This document shows, one piece after another, positions 17,554 through 26,511 of a stretch of DNA of 64,000 nucleotides; position 1 is the first letter of the stretch; every line of letters begins with the position of its first letter. The notes under the pieces are model-generated. The model searched no databases. It was not told where the DNA came from and worked only from the letters and a program-made list of their open reading frames with translations. The translations under genes were made by a program, and so were the position numbers. Source of the DNA: a virus; the IMG/VR virus record IMGVR_UViG_3300038366_000033, positions 14,378 through 78,377 of that record; one strand, 5' to 3'.

Positions 17554-18546
17554 ATGACTGAACCAGACGACAACGTAAAAGAGCTAGACGGTGTTGGACC
17601 CAAGACCGGAGCGGACCTGAAAGCGTCAGGACGTGGCACGGTCAGGAAGCTGGCAACAGCGAACCCTGACACCTTACCAGAAAACACCTCGCTTGGCGAG
17701 AAAAAATCAAAGGACTTGGTCCAGACGGCCAGAAACGCTTTACGTGGCGGAAGCCCGTTCGAAAACGGACTGGACTTCGAGAAAGAACAGAATAATATGG
17801 GAACTATTAGCACAGGATCTGATGACCTAGACGGCTTACTCCGTGGAGGCATCGCCGTAGGCTATCTCACCGAGGCTTTTGGTCTTTCTTCCTCTGGCAA
17901 ATCACAGCTGGCTTTCCAGTTGTGTGTCAACGCACAGTTACCGGAGGACGAGGGAGGCGCCGGAAACGGAGACATGGTAATATTCATAGACGTAGAAGAG
18001 ACCTTCAGGGCTGACAGGATTAGGTCTATGGCGAAGGCGGCAGGACTTGACCCGGACGAGGCACTCTCGAACATAGAGGTCGCAAGACCTACAGACGTGA
18101 CGGATCAGGAAAGAGCCATACAGGAGACAAGACAGTTTGACCTGGACAACGTCGCGTTGATCGTGGTCGACTCTATATCAGGCCACGTCCGGAACGAGTA
18201 TCAGGGTCGAGAAAACTTTGGTGAGCGCAGCGACCGCTTCGGTGGTATGCTAGAGGACTTGAGTAAGATGGCATCCGGAGAGACAGGTCATGACATCGCT
18301 GTGTTCTATCCCAATCAGGCAGGGAAGAAACCACAGAAACAGTACGGCGACCCAGTCTATTCCTATGGAGCATCGACTCTCGAACACCAGAGCTCTTTCA
18401 GGATGAGACTGGACGCCAGAGGATCCAAGGGATACAACGCCTCTCTGGCTGACTCACCAAACCTGCCTCCGGGTGAGTGTTATTTCGACATATACGAATG
18501 TGGCATCAACGATCAGGACCACGAGTGTGAGATATGCAGTGATTGA
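17554..18546 (+). CDS. radA: archaeal-type RadA recombinase
   Basis: N-terminal HhH LDGVGPKT, ISTGSDDLDGLLRGG, GLSSSGKSQ, FIDVEETFR, LIVVDS. Confidence 0.92.
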   Translation: MTEPDDNVKELDGVGPKTGADLKASGRGTVRKLATANPDTLPENTSLGEKKSKDLVQTARNALRGGSPFENGLDFEKEQNNMGTISTGSDDLDGLLRGGIAVGYLTEAFGLSSSGKSQLAFQLCVNAQLPEDEGGAGNGDMVIFIDVEETFRADRIRSMAKAAGLDPDEALSNIEVARPTDVTDQERAIQETRQFDLDNVALIVVDSISGHVRNEYQGRENFGERSDRFGGMLEDLSKMASGETGHDIAVFYPNQAGKKPQKQYGDPVYSYGASTLEHQSSFRMRLDARGSKGYNASLADSPNLPPGECYFDIYECGINDQDHECEICSD

Positions 18547-19055
18547 CGAAGACCCGGAAGACATCGATTTCCCGTGGACCTGTTACATCGAGGACATGGA
18601 AGAGATTACAGTGACACAGGAGGAATGGCAGAAGGCTGCGAACATCATGGACGAAAAGACAGAACTTGAGGCGGCCCGCACCATCCTACAGAGAATAGCA
18701 AAATAATACTATGGAACACGCACCATCTGACGAAGCAGAAGAGCTCGTAGAAGGCGTAGTAGACAACGGTAGAAGGCAAATCATTTCAGATCACAGTGAC
18801 TTGATAGACAGAGCAGCGGAGGAATTACAGAACTTCAGACAATTCAACGCAGTAATGTCAGAGATCAGGAGGAGAATCTAAGTGAACAAATCACAGGAAA
18901 GTTACATCAAAGGACAGATAGACCGGGCGAGAGCTCGGTTAGACTTACCTGAAGTGAACCAGCACGATGTAGAAAAGGTCAGGACATATCTCAAGGAGGC
19001 ACTCGGGGAACTACCCGAAGATTGAAAAACCTCCGGTACTTACTTTCTTTCTAGG

Positions 19056-21122
19056 ATGACAACCTTCAAGGAAGAGACTGACACTCTCAAAATTATGGTC
19101 GAAGACCCTGAAAAAGACGAGGATCAAAACCTAAGAGCTCGTGTCCACGCGAAACCGCAAGGACATGAGATGAACTCATATGACGAACGTATCAAGTTCT
19201 CAGGCAGATCTGCACAGAGCTATGCTAATACCGTACAGGACGTATTCGACTGTGGCGACGACCTTGTCAACGAGCTCAAAAAAGAGATACTGAAACTGAA
19301 AAACAAGGTAAGAAACGAAGCCGAGCCTGAAAATGACTATGACCAAGACGGAGAGAGTCAGCGCTCACAGGAAGACAAAAGACAGAAGCTGTTCAAGATC
19401 ATGGAACAGATAATGAAAGCTGGCGACTCCATCGAACAGGAGGCGGTAGAAGAGACTCTAGGCCTAGAAAACGTATGGGATATAGTTGATGACGTTGACA
19501 TAGACGCAGAATACATAATACCTGATGGAGACGACTCTATCAGACTTACCGACGAGGGACGCAGCGAGCTCAAACAACACCTCGGCTTCGAGACTTTTGA
19601 CGGGGACCCACAGGCTGAGGCACAGAGACAGCTAGAATCAAACAATCCTCTGCGATATTACCTAGACGCCTTCAATAAGATACACAAGGGCGATCACCTT
19701 TTGAAATGCTGGGAGATGATTTCGGCACTATCAAGCAAGTGCGCGGACCGTCAGATCCACTCTTGGGCAGTAGGACCTTCTGGTACAGGTAAGTCACACC
19801 TCAAACGTAAACTTCTGGAGTTCCTGCCAAACAAGATGTACAAAAGAAAAGAGAGCTTCTCTCCAAAGGCACTTCAGTACAAGTCAAAGACCGAAGGGCC
19901 GTCTTTCATGAACAACAAACTTATCTACTTCGATGAAGTCGGAGAAGAGGATGTAGACAACGCTATTGAGCTCATGCGTCTTATGACTGACCAGGACCAA
20001 GATATCGTGACTCACGAGACCGTAAAGGATCAGGAGATCATGACAATCACTCTCGACGTCTCTAATATCACGGTATGGTTTACCTCGGTCGTAGCCATAC
20101 AGGACGAGCAACTCAAAAACAGGTTCATACTTACCAACCCGGATTCATCCTCCGCACAGAATGAGACGGTCAACATGCACCAGCAAAACATCCTGAACTC
20201 CGGAGGAAGCCTAGACTTCATACCGAAAGAGACACCAGTAATACAGGCTATGGTACAGGACATTCGCGAAGAGACGCCAGGATACCGCCCGGTAGTCCCG
20301 TTTATGATCGACTGGAAGCAGGAGTTCAACCGCAGACTGTACCCGTTTTTCTACACACTGATGGGTATGATAGCGAAGATTCACATCAGGAACCGCGTCA
20401 CCAAGGACGGATTCATCTTCGTCACACGAGCTGACTTTGACCTCGCAAGACTTATCTGGTCCCGACTCATCGATACCACCGTGGCCCAGACGGATGAGAA
20501 GAGCATATCTTTACTCAAAGAGCTCCCGAACTCACAGACAGCGTCTCTATCGAGAAAGGAGCTCAGAAACAGGCTCACAGGATTTACCACACAGGACATC
20601 AAGGATACTGCTGACTCGCTGATGGAGACCGAGGAGCTACAGTTGATAAACTCCGAGTACATAGAGGGCGAAGTATACTACTGGGCCGGTGCCGACGTAG
20701 AACAGTTAGTTGATAACGTACCGGAAATCATGGGAGAGCTCACAGACGAGAAGATAGAGAGCCAGTGCCGTGAGGCAGGCGTAGAACCGACACAGGAGAT
20801 CAGGGACTCAATTTACAACGCGGAGATCCCGGTCATCGACTTCCTGCGTGACTCTCTTGGAGAAGACACCGAGACAGAGCCTCCAGAACTGACAGAAGAA
20901 GAGGTCTACTTCCTGAGGACTCTCGAACAGATGGAATGGGGGATCACGATAGACTCTGCCAGAGACTTCTTCGAGACAGATACAGAGACCCCGGATGCAG
21001 ACATACACGAGATAGTCGAGTCACTTGAGGATAAGGAGGTCATAGAGGTGGATGGAGAGAACAAACCTTCACCTCTCCCTATGTACGACAGGCTGAATAG
21101 CCAAGGGGCGATGGAGATATGA
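19056..21122 (+). CDS. MCM-like/primase-associated AAA+ ATPase, candidate replicative helicase
   Basis: GPSGTGKS, SFSPKALQY, LIYFDE, DEQLKNRF; flanking wHTH-like regions. Confidence 0.7.
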   Translation: MTTFKEETDTLKIMVEDPEKDEDQNLRARVHAKPQGHEMNSYDERIKFSGRSAQSYANTVQDVFDCGDDLVNELKKEILKLKNKVRNEAEPENDYDQDGESQRSQEDKRQKLFKIMEQIMKAGDSIEQEAVEETLGLENVWDIVDDVDIDAEYIIPDGDDSIRLTDEGRSELKQHLGFETFDGDPQAEAQRQLESNNPLRYYLDAFNKIHKGDHLLKCWEMISALSSKCADRQIHSWAVGPSGTGKSHLKRKLLEFLPNKMYKRKESFSPKALQYKSKTEGPSFMNNKLIYFDEVGEEDVDNAIELMRLMTDQDQDIVTHETVKDQEIMTITLDVSNITVWFTSVVAIQDEQLKNRFILTNPDSSSAQNETVNMHQQNILNSGGSLDFIPKETPVIQAMVQDIREETPGYRPVVPFMIDWKQEFNRRLYPFFYTLMGMIAKIHIRNRVTKDGFIFVTRADFDLARLIWSRLIDTTVAQTDEKSISLLKELPNSQTASLSRKELRNRLTGFTTQDIKDTADSLMETEELQLINSEYIEGEVYYWAGADVEQLVDNVPEIMGELTDEKIESQCREAGVEPTQEIRDSIYNAEIPVIDFLRDSLGEDTETEPPELTEEEVYFLRTLEQMEWGITIDSARDFFETDTETPDADIHEIVESLEDKEVIEVDGENKPSPLPMYDRLNSQGAMEI

Positions 21123-21289
21123 GACACGACATCAGGATGATATGCCAGAGGATAAGGTGTATTATCTTCGGTCATGAGTACACTTACAAGCGTAAAAGCA
21201 AGGAATACTACTCCGAAAACGTGTACGAGTGTATTCACTGTCCCCGTCACAGGAAAGTTTAAAAAAGTATAGTACAGTACTTTACCATA

Positions 21290-21372
21290 AGGTTGTCACC
21301 CAGGTGGCAGTATAGTAGGGCGTGATCGTGTCGGGTCCCACATCTTGACACAACTCACGCCCTCCCACCTCC
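21290..21372 (+). ncRNA. candidate long-hairpin ncRNA
   Basis: GAAAGTTTAAAAAA promoter-like element at 21253-21266; nested AGGTGG/CCACCT, AGGGCGTGA/TCACGCCCT, GTGTC/GACAC. Confidence 0.55.
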
Positions 21373-21424
21373 ATAATCACACAAAAATTATTTAACTGAA
21401 GATAACTACACTACAGTATATCAC

Positions 21425-21724
21425 ATGAATATAGAAGAACTTGTTGATCAAGCATACGAACTGACACTTGCCGAGGACGACCTACCTGTAGATGACAGAC
21501 GTTTCTTTGTAGAACAGGGCGACGAAGAGGGAGAATATGAGGTACGTAAATTTCACAATGAAAACGCCTCCGAGTCCGGCTTTGACAGTAAACAGGATGC
21601 TATTGATGCCGCAAAGGACATGGCGAAAGAGGCCAGCGGACCCGAGACAAAGGCACAGGTCAAGGTCAGGGATGGCGGCAGCTTCTCAAAGGTCATGGAC
21701 TTTGTCGATGGCGAAAGAGCATGA
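21425..21724 (+). CDS. DUF2188-like protein
   Basis: YEVRK...AS..FDSKQDAIDAAKDMAK...VKVRDGGSF. Confidence 0.7.
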   Translation: MNIEELVDQAYELTLAEDDLPVDDRRFFVEQGDEEGEYEVRKFHNENASESGFDSKQDAIDAAKDMAKEASGPETKAQVKVRDGGSFSKVMDFVDGERA

Positions 21725-21845
21725 ATGAGACAAAGGAAAAGTACGGTGACGTTGCCGCAGTCGTAGCCTCGGTCATCGTGGTGCAGTTTCACATCGCAGA
21801 GGCTCTGTTCAAAACTATCTTCAGAATACTAGAGGAACTACCAAA

Positions 21846-22457
21846 ATGACACTTTACATTGACAGCAGAGAGCCAGTAACTGTTCAAGCTATTGTTCAGA
21901 CGACACTGGCCGACAGAGATACAGACGCAGAAACCGAGGTCAAGGAGCTCAAGACTGGAGACTTTGTTTACAAAAACGTGGTCATAGAGAGAAAGGAGGC
22001 AAGCGATCTCGCTTCATCGATCAAGGACAGACGCCTCAAGGAACAGACCCGGCGCATGACAGAGGACTTTGAACACCAGTATATCATCGTAGAGGGTGAC
22101 CCGTATGACCTACAGTACTCCAACCTTCACGATAACTCTTTCATCGGCACTTTGGTATCCCGTAGCCATGCCGGAATCAGTATTGTCTATACGCCGGACG
22201 AAGAGGGCACCGCCTACGCCGTGAACAAGATCGTCTCGAAACACGAGGACGACGAGGAACACAGAACGATCGAGCTAGGAGAGACCACGGTCAGCGACGT
22301 AGATACAGAGGTCGCCATGCTTATGCAGATTGACGGCGTCAGTAAAAAGAAGGCCGAAAGGATCCTCGACCAGAGGGAGTTTGGAAAACTGGAAAGGCTA
22401 TGTGAGATACGCGGTATCGGCGAAGTGCTTGAGGACCGCATTAAATCAGTACTATGA
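21846..22457 (+). CDS. ERCC4/XPF-family nuclease with HhH
   Basis: IDSRE, GDF, IERKEASD, IDGVSKKKA, IRGIGE. Confidence 0.9.
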   Translation: MTLYIDSREPVTVQAIVQTTLADRDTDAETEVKELKTGDFVYKNVVIERKEASDLASSIKDRRLKEQTRRMTEDFEHQYIIVEGDPYDLQYSNLHDNSFIGTLVSRSHAGISIVYTPDEEGTAYAVNKIVSKHEDDEEHRTIELGETTVSDVDTEVAMLMQIDGVSKKKAERILDQREFGKLERLCEIRGIGEVLEDRIKSVL

Positions 22458-22663
22458 AACAGGACAAGCTAGAAGACGCTCTCGCCAACGCAGGCGAACT
22501 TATGGTAGTACTTGAATCAGACAGGGAATACGATCTTCATCCACACGATACGGAGATCGAGGACGGATACGTCCACACGGAGGGATTGAAGCACGGAGAT
22601 TACCTCGAAGTGACATTTCCTGTCGAGAGAGTCGAGCACTACTACCTACACAGGGAGGCATAA
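22454..22663 (+). CDS. hypothetical small beta-rich protein
   Basis: coupled ORF. Confidence 0.6.
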   Translation: MKQDKLEDALANAGELMVVLESDREYDLHPHDTEIEDGYVHTEGLKHGDYLEVTFPVERVEHYYLHREA

Positions 22664-22708
22664 TCTCCCTACAGTTAATTTTTTGAATGTTCTTTCTTAA
22701 CCACAGTT

Positions 22709-22957
22709 ATGGCAACCGAATACATGCAGAGAGCCAGAGAGATAAACACTCTCGATGAGGTAAAGGACCACCTGTTCTTGGTAGAAAATCACCCGGACGC
22801 AGATGAGGTATTTCTGGACTTGAGAGATGACAAGTGTTCTCTGTACGGATACGACGAAGACGGAAACTCAAAAAATGTAACTCATACTGTAGCCACAAAG
22901 GAGATAAGAAACAGGTATGACGCCCAAGGAACCAGTAAGCTGGATGAGTTCGTATGA
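22709..22957 (+). CDS. hypothetical protein
   Basis: leaderless, coupled to the methyltransferase. Confidence 0.6.
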   Translation: MATEYMQRAREINTLDEVKDHLFLVENHPDADEVFLDLRDDKCSLYGYDEDGNSKNVTHTVATKEIRNRYDAQGTSKLDEFV

Positions 22958-23457
22958 AGGAGAACATTCTTGATGCGACCTGTGGCGGAAGAAGCATCTG
23001 GCACACGGACAACAAGAACAGGGACGATGTGCTATACATTGACAAGCGAGAGGAAGAGCCTGGCTTCACAGGACAAGAGAACAGGACTTTCAGCATAGAA
23101 CCGGACGAGGTACAGGACTTCCGAGATTTGCCGTATGATGATTCTTCTTTTGACCTGATAGTCTTTGACCCGCCCCATGTAATAAGAGAAAACGGCATGC
23201 AGAATCTATCCGGCTACATCGACAAGAGCTACGGCGCACTGCACGCAGAGACATGGCAGGCGGACCTGAGAAACGGATTCGAGGAGCTATTCAGAGTGCT
23301 TGAAGACGGAGGTGTTTTGATCTTCAAGTTTGCAAATAGGGCTGCTGACTTCAGAGAGGTGCTTGACCTTGCACCGACAGATCCTCTTTTCGGGACGATG
23401 ACCGATCAGGACTCGAACTGTGAAAACAGATTCTTCGTGTTCCAGAAGAACGCATAA
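22954..23457 (+). CDS. small phage-type SAM-dependent (DNA adenine) methyltransferase
   Basis: ILDATCGGRSIW motif I, FDLIVFDPPH motif IV, FRVLEDGGVLIFK. Confidence 0.85.
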   Translation: MKENILDATCGGRSIWHTDNKNRDDVLYIDKREEEPGFTGQENRTFSIEPDEVQDFRDLPYDDSSFDLIVFDPPHVIRENGMQNLSGYIDKSYGALHAETWQADLRNGFEELFRVLEDGGVLIFKFANRAADFREVLDLAPTDPLFGTMTDQDSNCENRFFVFQKNA

Positions 23458-23494
23458 ATTCTTTAAAGTGCGAATAACCTTTGACACTTTTATT

Positions 23495-23626
23495 ATGCCA
23501 GAACACAGTTGCCCGCACTGCATGATGGAGAACATGTCAGCCCATGAGCTTTCAAAGCACATGATGGCAGAGCATCCAGACGAATCGCAGATGGCGGAAC
23601 ACAAGAACATGTCCTACCACGGTTGA
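23495..23626 (+). CDS. C2H2 zinc-finger microprotein
   Basis: CPHC-x13-HMMAEH; start at ATG 23495. Confidence 0.7.
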   Translation: MPEHSCPHCMMENMSAHELSKHMMAEHPDESQMAEHKNMSYHG

Positions 23627-23741
23627 TTCTAAACTAGGACAACTAACTTAAAGATTGCTTCCCCTTTGTTCTTTTAACGGAGTTAGATTCTCCTATATTC
23701 AAAACCTGAAGAAAGACTACAATATGGAGGTGACAACACAA

Positions 23742-24113
23742 ATGAGCGATCAGGAAGTTATATTTGACGGTAGCGAGGACATAGAAGATTGGGACTCGAT
23801 TAACTCCTCAACAGAGAACGCAGACTTCAATGACTACGACCTAGAATTTATCGACATGGACGAGGTAGAGGAAGGCGACTACTGGGTCGGTGAGTTCACA
23901 GGAATCCGAGAGATCGGAGGAGTTGAGAACGCAATCTTTGACGTTCACGAAGAAGAAATCAGTTACGGGTTTACGCCACACGCGATTCTCAGAGATAAAC
24001 TGGAAGAAGTAGAAGAGGGCGACACCGTAGCAGTTGTGTACGATGGTACTGTGGAAATTGAAGATCAGGCCAACGACGCACACGTCTGGGACGTAAGGAC
24101 TCCACCAGAATAA
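23742..24113 (+). CDS. OB-fold ssDNA-binding protein (putative)
   Basis: GDYWVGEFTG...ILRDKLEEVEEGDTVAVVYDG; GGAGGTGA RBS. Confidence 0.6.
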   Translation: MSDQEVIFDGSEDIEDWDSINSSTENADFNDYDLEFIDMDEVEEGDYWVGEFTGIREIGGVENAIFDVHEEEISYGFTPHAILRDKLEEVEEGDTVAVVYDGTVEIEDQANDAHVWDVRTPPE

Positions 24114-24126
24114 ACAAGGAGTCTAC

Positions 24127-24390
24127 TTATTCCCTTTTTATTACGATCTGCAAATCGGTCACGTGTACTTCCTTGCCATCATCATTCTCGAACATAGCTG
24201 TCTCTGTAGAAATATCATCTACAACCACGCTATCTTTCTCACGCCTGTTGATTTCGGCCAGGTCCAGTGCCTTCCCGTTGTTTTCCTGTCCACGGGAGAG
24301 AACATGTACCTCGTCATGGTCCTCAAGCTGTGTGTTCACAGCATCCTGATAGCGGCTTAGTCTCTTATCACCGATCATCACTTCTGTCAT
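24127..24390 (-). CDS. albA: Alba DNA/RNA-binding chromatin protein
   Basis: VMIGDKRLSRYQDAVNTQL..DEVHVLSRG..NGKALDLAEINR...ENDDGKEVHVTDLQIVI aligns end to end with the Alba pattern; GGAGGT RBS. Confidence 0.85.
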   Translation of the reverse strand: MTEVMIGDKRLSRYQDAVNTQLEDHDEVHVLSRGQENNGKALDLAEINRREKDSVVVDDISTETAMFENDDGKEVHVTDLQIVIKRE

Positions 24391-24401
24391 TTGTATACCT
24401 C

Positions 24402-24695
24402 CTAGAGTTTGTCTTCCTTGTTGTGGTTTAACTTGTCTCTGCGTGTGATAGCCCATGACCCATCGTCAAGCTCGTAAGCTTCGATAGAGCCTTTGCCGGG
24501 CACACGGATATATTCAATATTGTTTTTCTTGGTTCCTGTATCATCATAGACCGTGGCACCGAGTCCTCCGCCCTCGCTTCTGTGGCTATCCTGTGCATAA
24601 ATGTCTCTTGTAAGGCTGGCGGAGATTCCATCCGGGAACAGTTCGTCCAAGCTCTCAACTACTTCGTCACAGTTTTCACGCTTGTAATGTGTCAC
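24402..24695 (-). CDS. hypothetical protein
   Basis: coupled late ORF. Confidence 0.6.
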   Translation of the reverse strand: MTHYKRENCDEVVESLDELFPDGISASLTRDIYAQDSHRSEGGGLGATVYDDTGTKKNNIEYIRVPGKGSIEAYELDDGSWAITRRDKLNHNKEDKL

Positions 24696-25624
24696 TTGTA
24701 AACACCTTCAGGGTTCAGTGACAGTCCTGTTTCTTCTAGTACGTTTTCGATCTTGTTTGCCACTGTTACCTCACTCGAACCCGCGAATAGCAATCCAACC
24801 AGTTCACCTGCTTCATTGACCACGGCCGAACCTGAGTCGCCGCCTGCAGAGATGCTTTCGGTCAGTATCTGGTCCGTGAACTCTCGGGCCCCGTCGCCAA
24901 ACCTCACGTTGATCCGGGCGTCAGTAGAAAGAACTTCACCTTTCTTCAATCCGGTAGTTCTTCCGAACTTCTTGACCTTATCACCTCTACTCACTTCTGC
25001 AGTCTCTGTCGGCACACCGACACTCGGGATGTAACTGTTCGAGTCCCTTCCGTCAATAGTGTACCAAGATACATCTACAAGGTTGTCCTCTTCAACGATT
25101 TCAATATAATCATGAAGCTCACCTATCTTATCGCCGCCCCCATCATATGAGCCAGGCTGGATAATCTTGTCTCCGCGATTGGCTTTGTTTACATTGGCCC
25201 CGACATGGTTGTTGGTAACTCCGACAGGTTCGGGATACTCGATTCCGTTTTTCTCCTTCTTCCTCCACGCGATGAATCCGGCAGTTCCCGCGGTTACATC
25301 TGGGTGACCGATTGATACTCCCTGTGGATTTGGTCGATATTCTTCCGTGGTATTGATTTCGCCAGTATCTTGTGGTTTTTGAGGTGTGATTTCCTCGATT
25401 CCGATTTCTCCCACTGGTTGAACATCGACTTTGACGCCTTCAACCTCCTTCGGAAGAACGTCATCTTCGTCGAGCTCTGACTCTGCCTTTTTCTCCTCTA
25501 CGAAAGCCACTACGGCTTCTTCGTCGTTTTCATGCCTCTCTCCCCGTCCGTCCCCATGCCCAACTGCGGTGACTAAGGGGTATGCAAGAAGCTCCTTCTT
25601 AACTGATTCTGAAACTCTGGTCAT
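24692..25624 (-). CDS. trypsin-like (Nal1-type S1) serine protease with prodomain
   Basis: TAGTAG, VTNNHV (His), VDVS (Asp), KFGRTTG, GGDSGS (Ser). Confidence 0.85.
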   Translation of the reverse strand: MTRVSESVKKELLAYPLVTAVGHGDGRGERHENDEEAVVAFVEEKKAESELDEDDVLPKEVEGVKVDVQPVGEIGIEEITPQKPQDTGEINTTEEYRPNPQGVSIGHPDVTAGTAGFIAWRKKEKNGIEYPEPVGVTNNHVGANVNKANRGDKIIQPGSYDGGGDKIGELHDYIEIVEEDNLVDVSWYTIDGRDSNSYIPSVGVPTETAEVSRGDKVKKFGRTTGLKKGEVLSTDARINVRFGDGAREFTDQILTESISAGGDSGSAVVNEAGELVGLLFAGSSEVTVANKIENVLEETGLSLNPEGVYK

Positions 25625-25857
25625 AGTACTTTGTTTTCCTCGATATCTGATAAAATAGATTTGTATTCTTCAATAGTTCTCCTGAGATCCTCGTTATTCT
25701 TGCGGACCGAGTTGACTTCGTCGGCCAGATCTTCATTTCTACTGACAAGTTTGTCGACTTTCTCCTCAAGACCTTTGACCTTAGTCGTCAATCTGTTGTT
25801 TTTCCGTCTGAGCTTGGAACAGAAGAAACGCTGTAGATAATCATACAGGCTCATCAT
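25621..25857 (-). CDS. small coiled-coil protein
   Basis: heptads; coupled on both sides. Confidence 0.65.
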   Translation of the reverse strand: MMSLYDYLQRFFCSKLRRKNNRLTTKVKGLEEKVDKLVSRNEDLADEVNSVRKNNEDLRRTIEEYKSILSDIEENKVL

Positions 25858-26345
25858 TCTACACCTATCGCGTCTTTGACAACTTCGTCAACACTTTTCT
25901 CCATTTCAAGAAGTCTTTCGTATTCATCGACAAACTGGTCGATGTTCAGTCCTTCCTCTCTGGATAGATAGCCTTCCGCCATATTCTCTTTCAGGTATGT
26001 GCGGATGCTCTCCGGTTCATCAAGTTTTACATCCATACTGCCAGATTGATTATTCTCCTCCTTAAAAGTTTCTGAGCCATACCTTTTATTCTCAAAATGG
26101 CTTCCATGTATCTTAGCTTCTTCAGTTGAGATATTCTGTATTTGAGTTCTTTCCTCTCTTTTCTTCTTCTCCTCGTATTTCTGTTTAAGCTTCTTCACAA
26201 ACCTCGGGTCTCCCGAATCAGGCTCATTAAAGAAACCCATGTTTTTTGGAAAAGTGTGTGCGATAGCCTCTCCATTAACAAGTGCCTCTACGCTGACTCC
26301 TTTTCCGCTGTCGGCTGTATGCCTTATCTTCACATCATAACTCAT
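25854..26345 (-). CDS. hypothetical protein
   Basis: late-operon ORF. Confidence 0.65.
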   Translation of the reverse strand: MSYDVKIRHTADSGKGVSVEALVNGEAIAHTFPKNMGFFNEPDSGDPRFVKKLKQKYEEKKKREERTQIQNISTEEAKIHGSHFENKRYGSETFKEENNQSGSMDVKLDEPESIRTYLKENMAEGYLSREEGLNIDQFVDEYERLLEMEKSVDEVVKDAIGVE

Positions 26346-26511
26346 TTAGTTCAACACCATGATTTTCTACTAGGTCAATCTTCCATTCTTGAATATATTT
26401 CACACCATCGTCACTCAGAAAGGGTTGTTCATCAAACCAGTCAGAGCTGTAGTTTAACTTTTCCGATTCCAGCTCCACAGTGACACTGTTGTCAGTTTTC
26501 TCTATATTCAT
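26335..26511 (-). CDS. 58-aa protein (not in ORF track)
   Basis: MNIEKTDNSVTVELESEK...; ATGA overlap with the 1798-aa gene. Confidence 0.55.
   Translation of the reverse strand: MNIEKTDNSVTVELESEKLNYSSDWFDEQPFLSDDGVKYIQEWKIDLVENHGVELNEL

Noticed and set aside
13534-21122. Inteins in RNR, RadA or the helicase-like gene
   Set aside because: Lengths are normal and no intein termini or LAGLIDADG motifs are seen.
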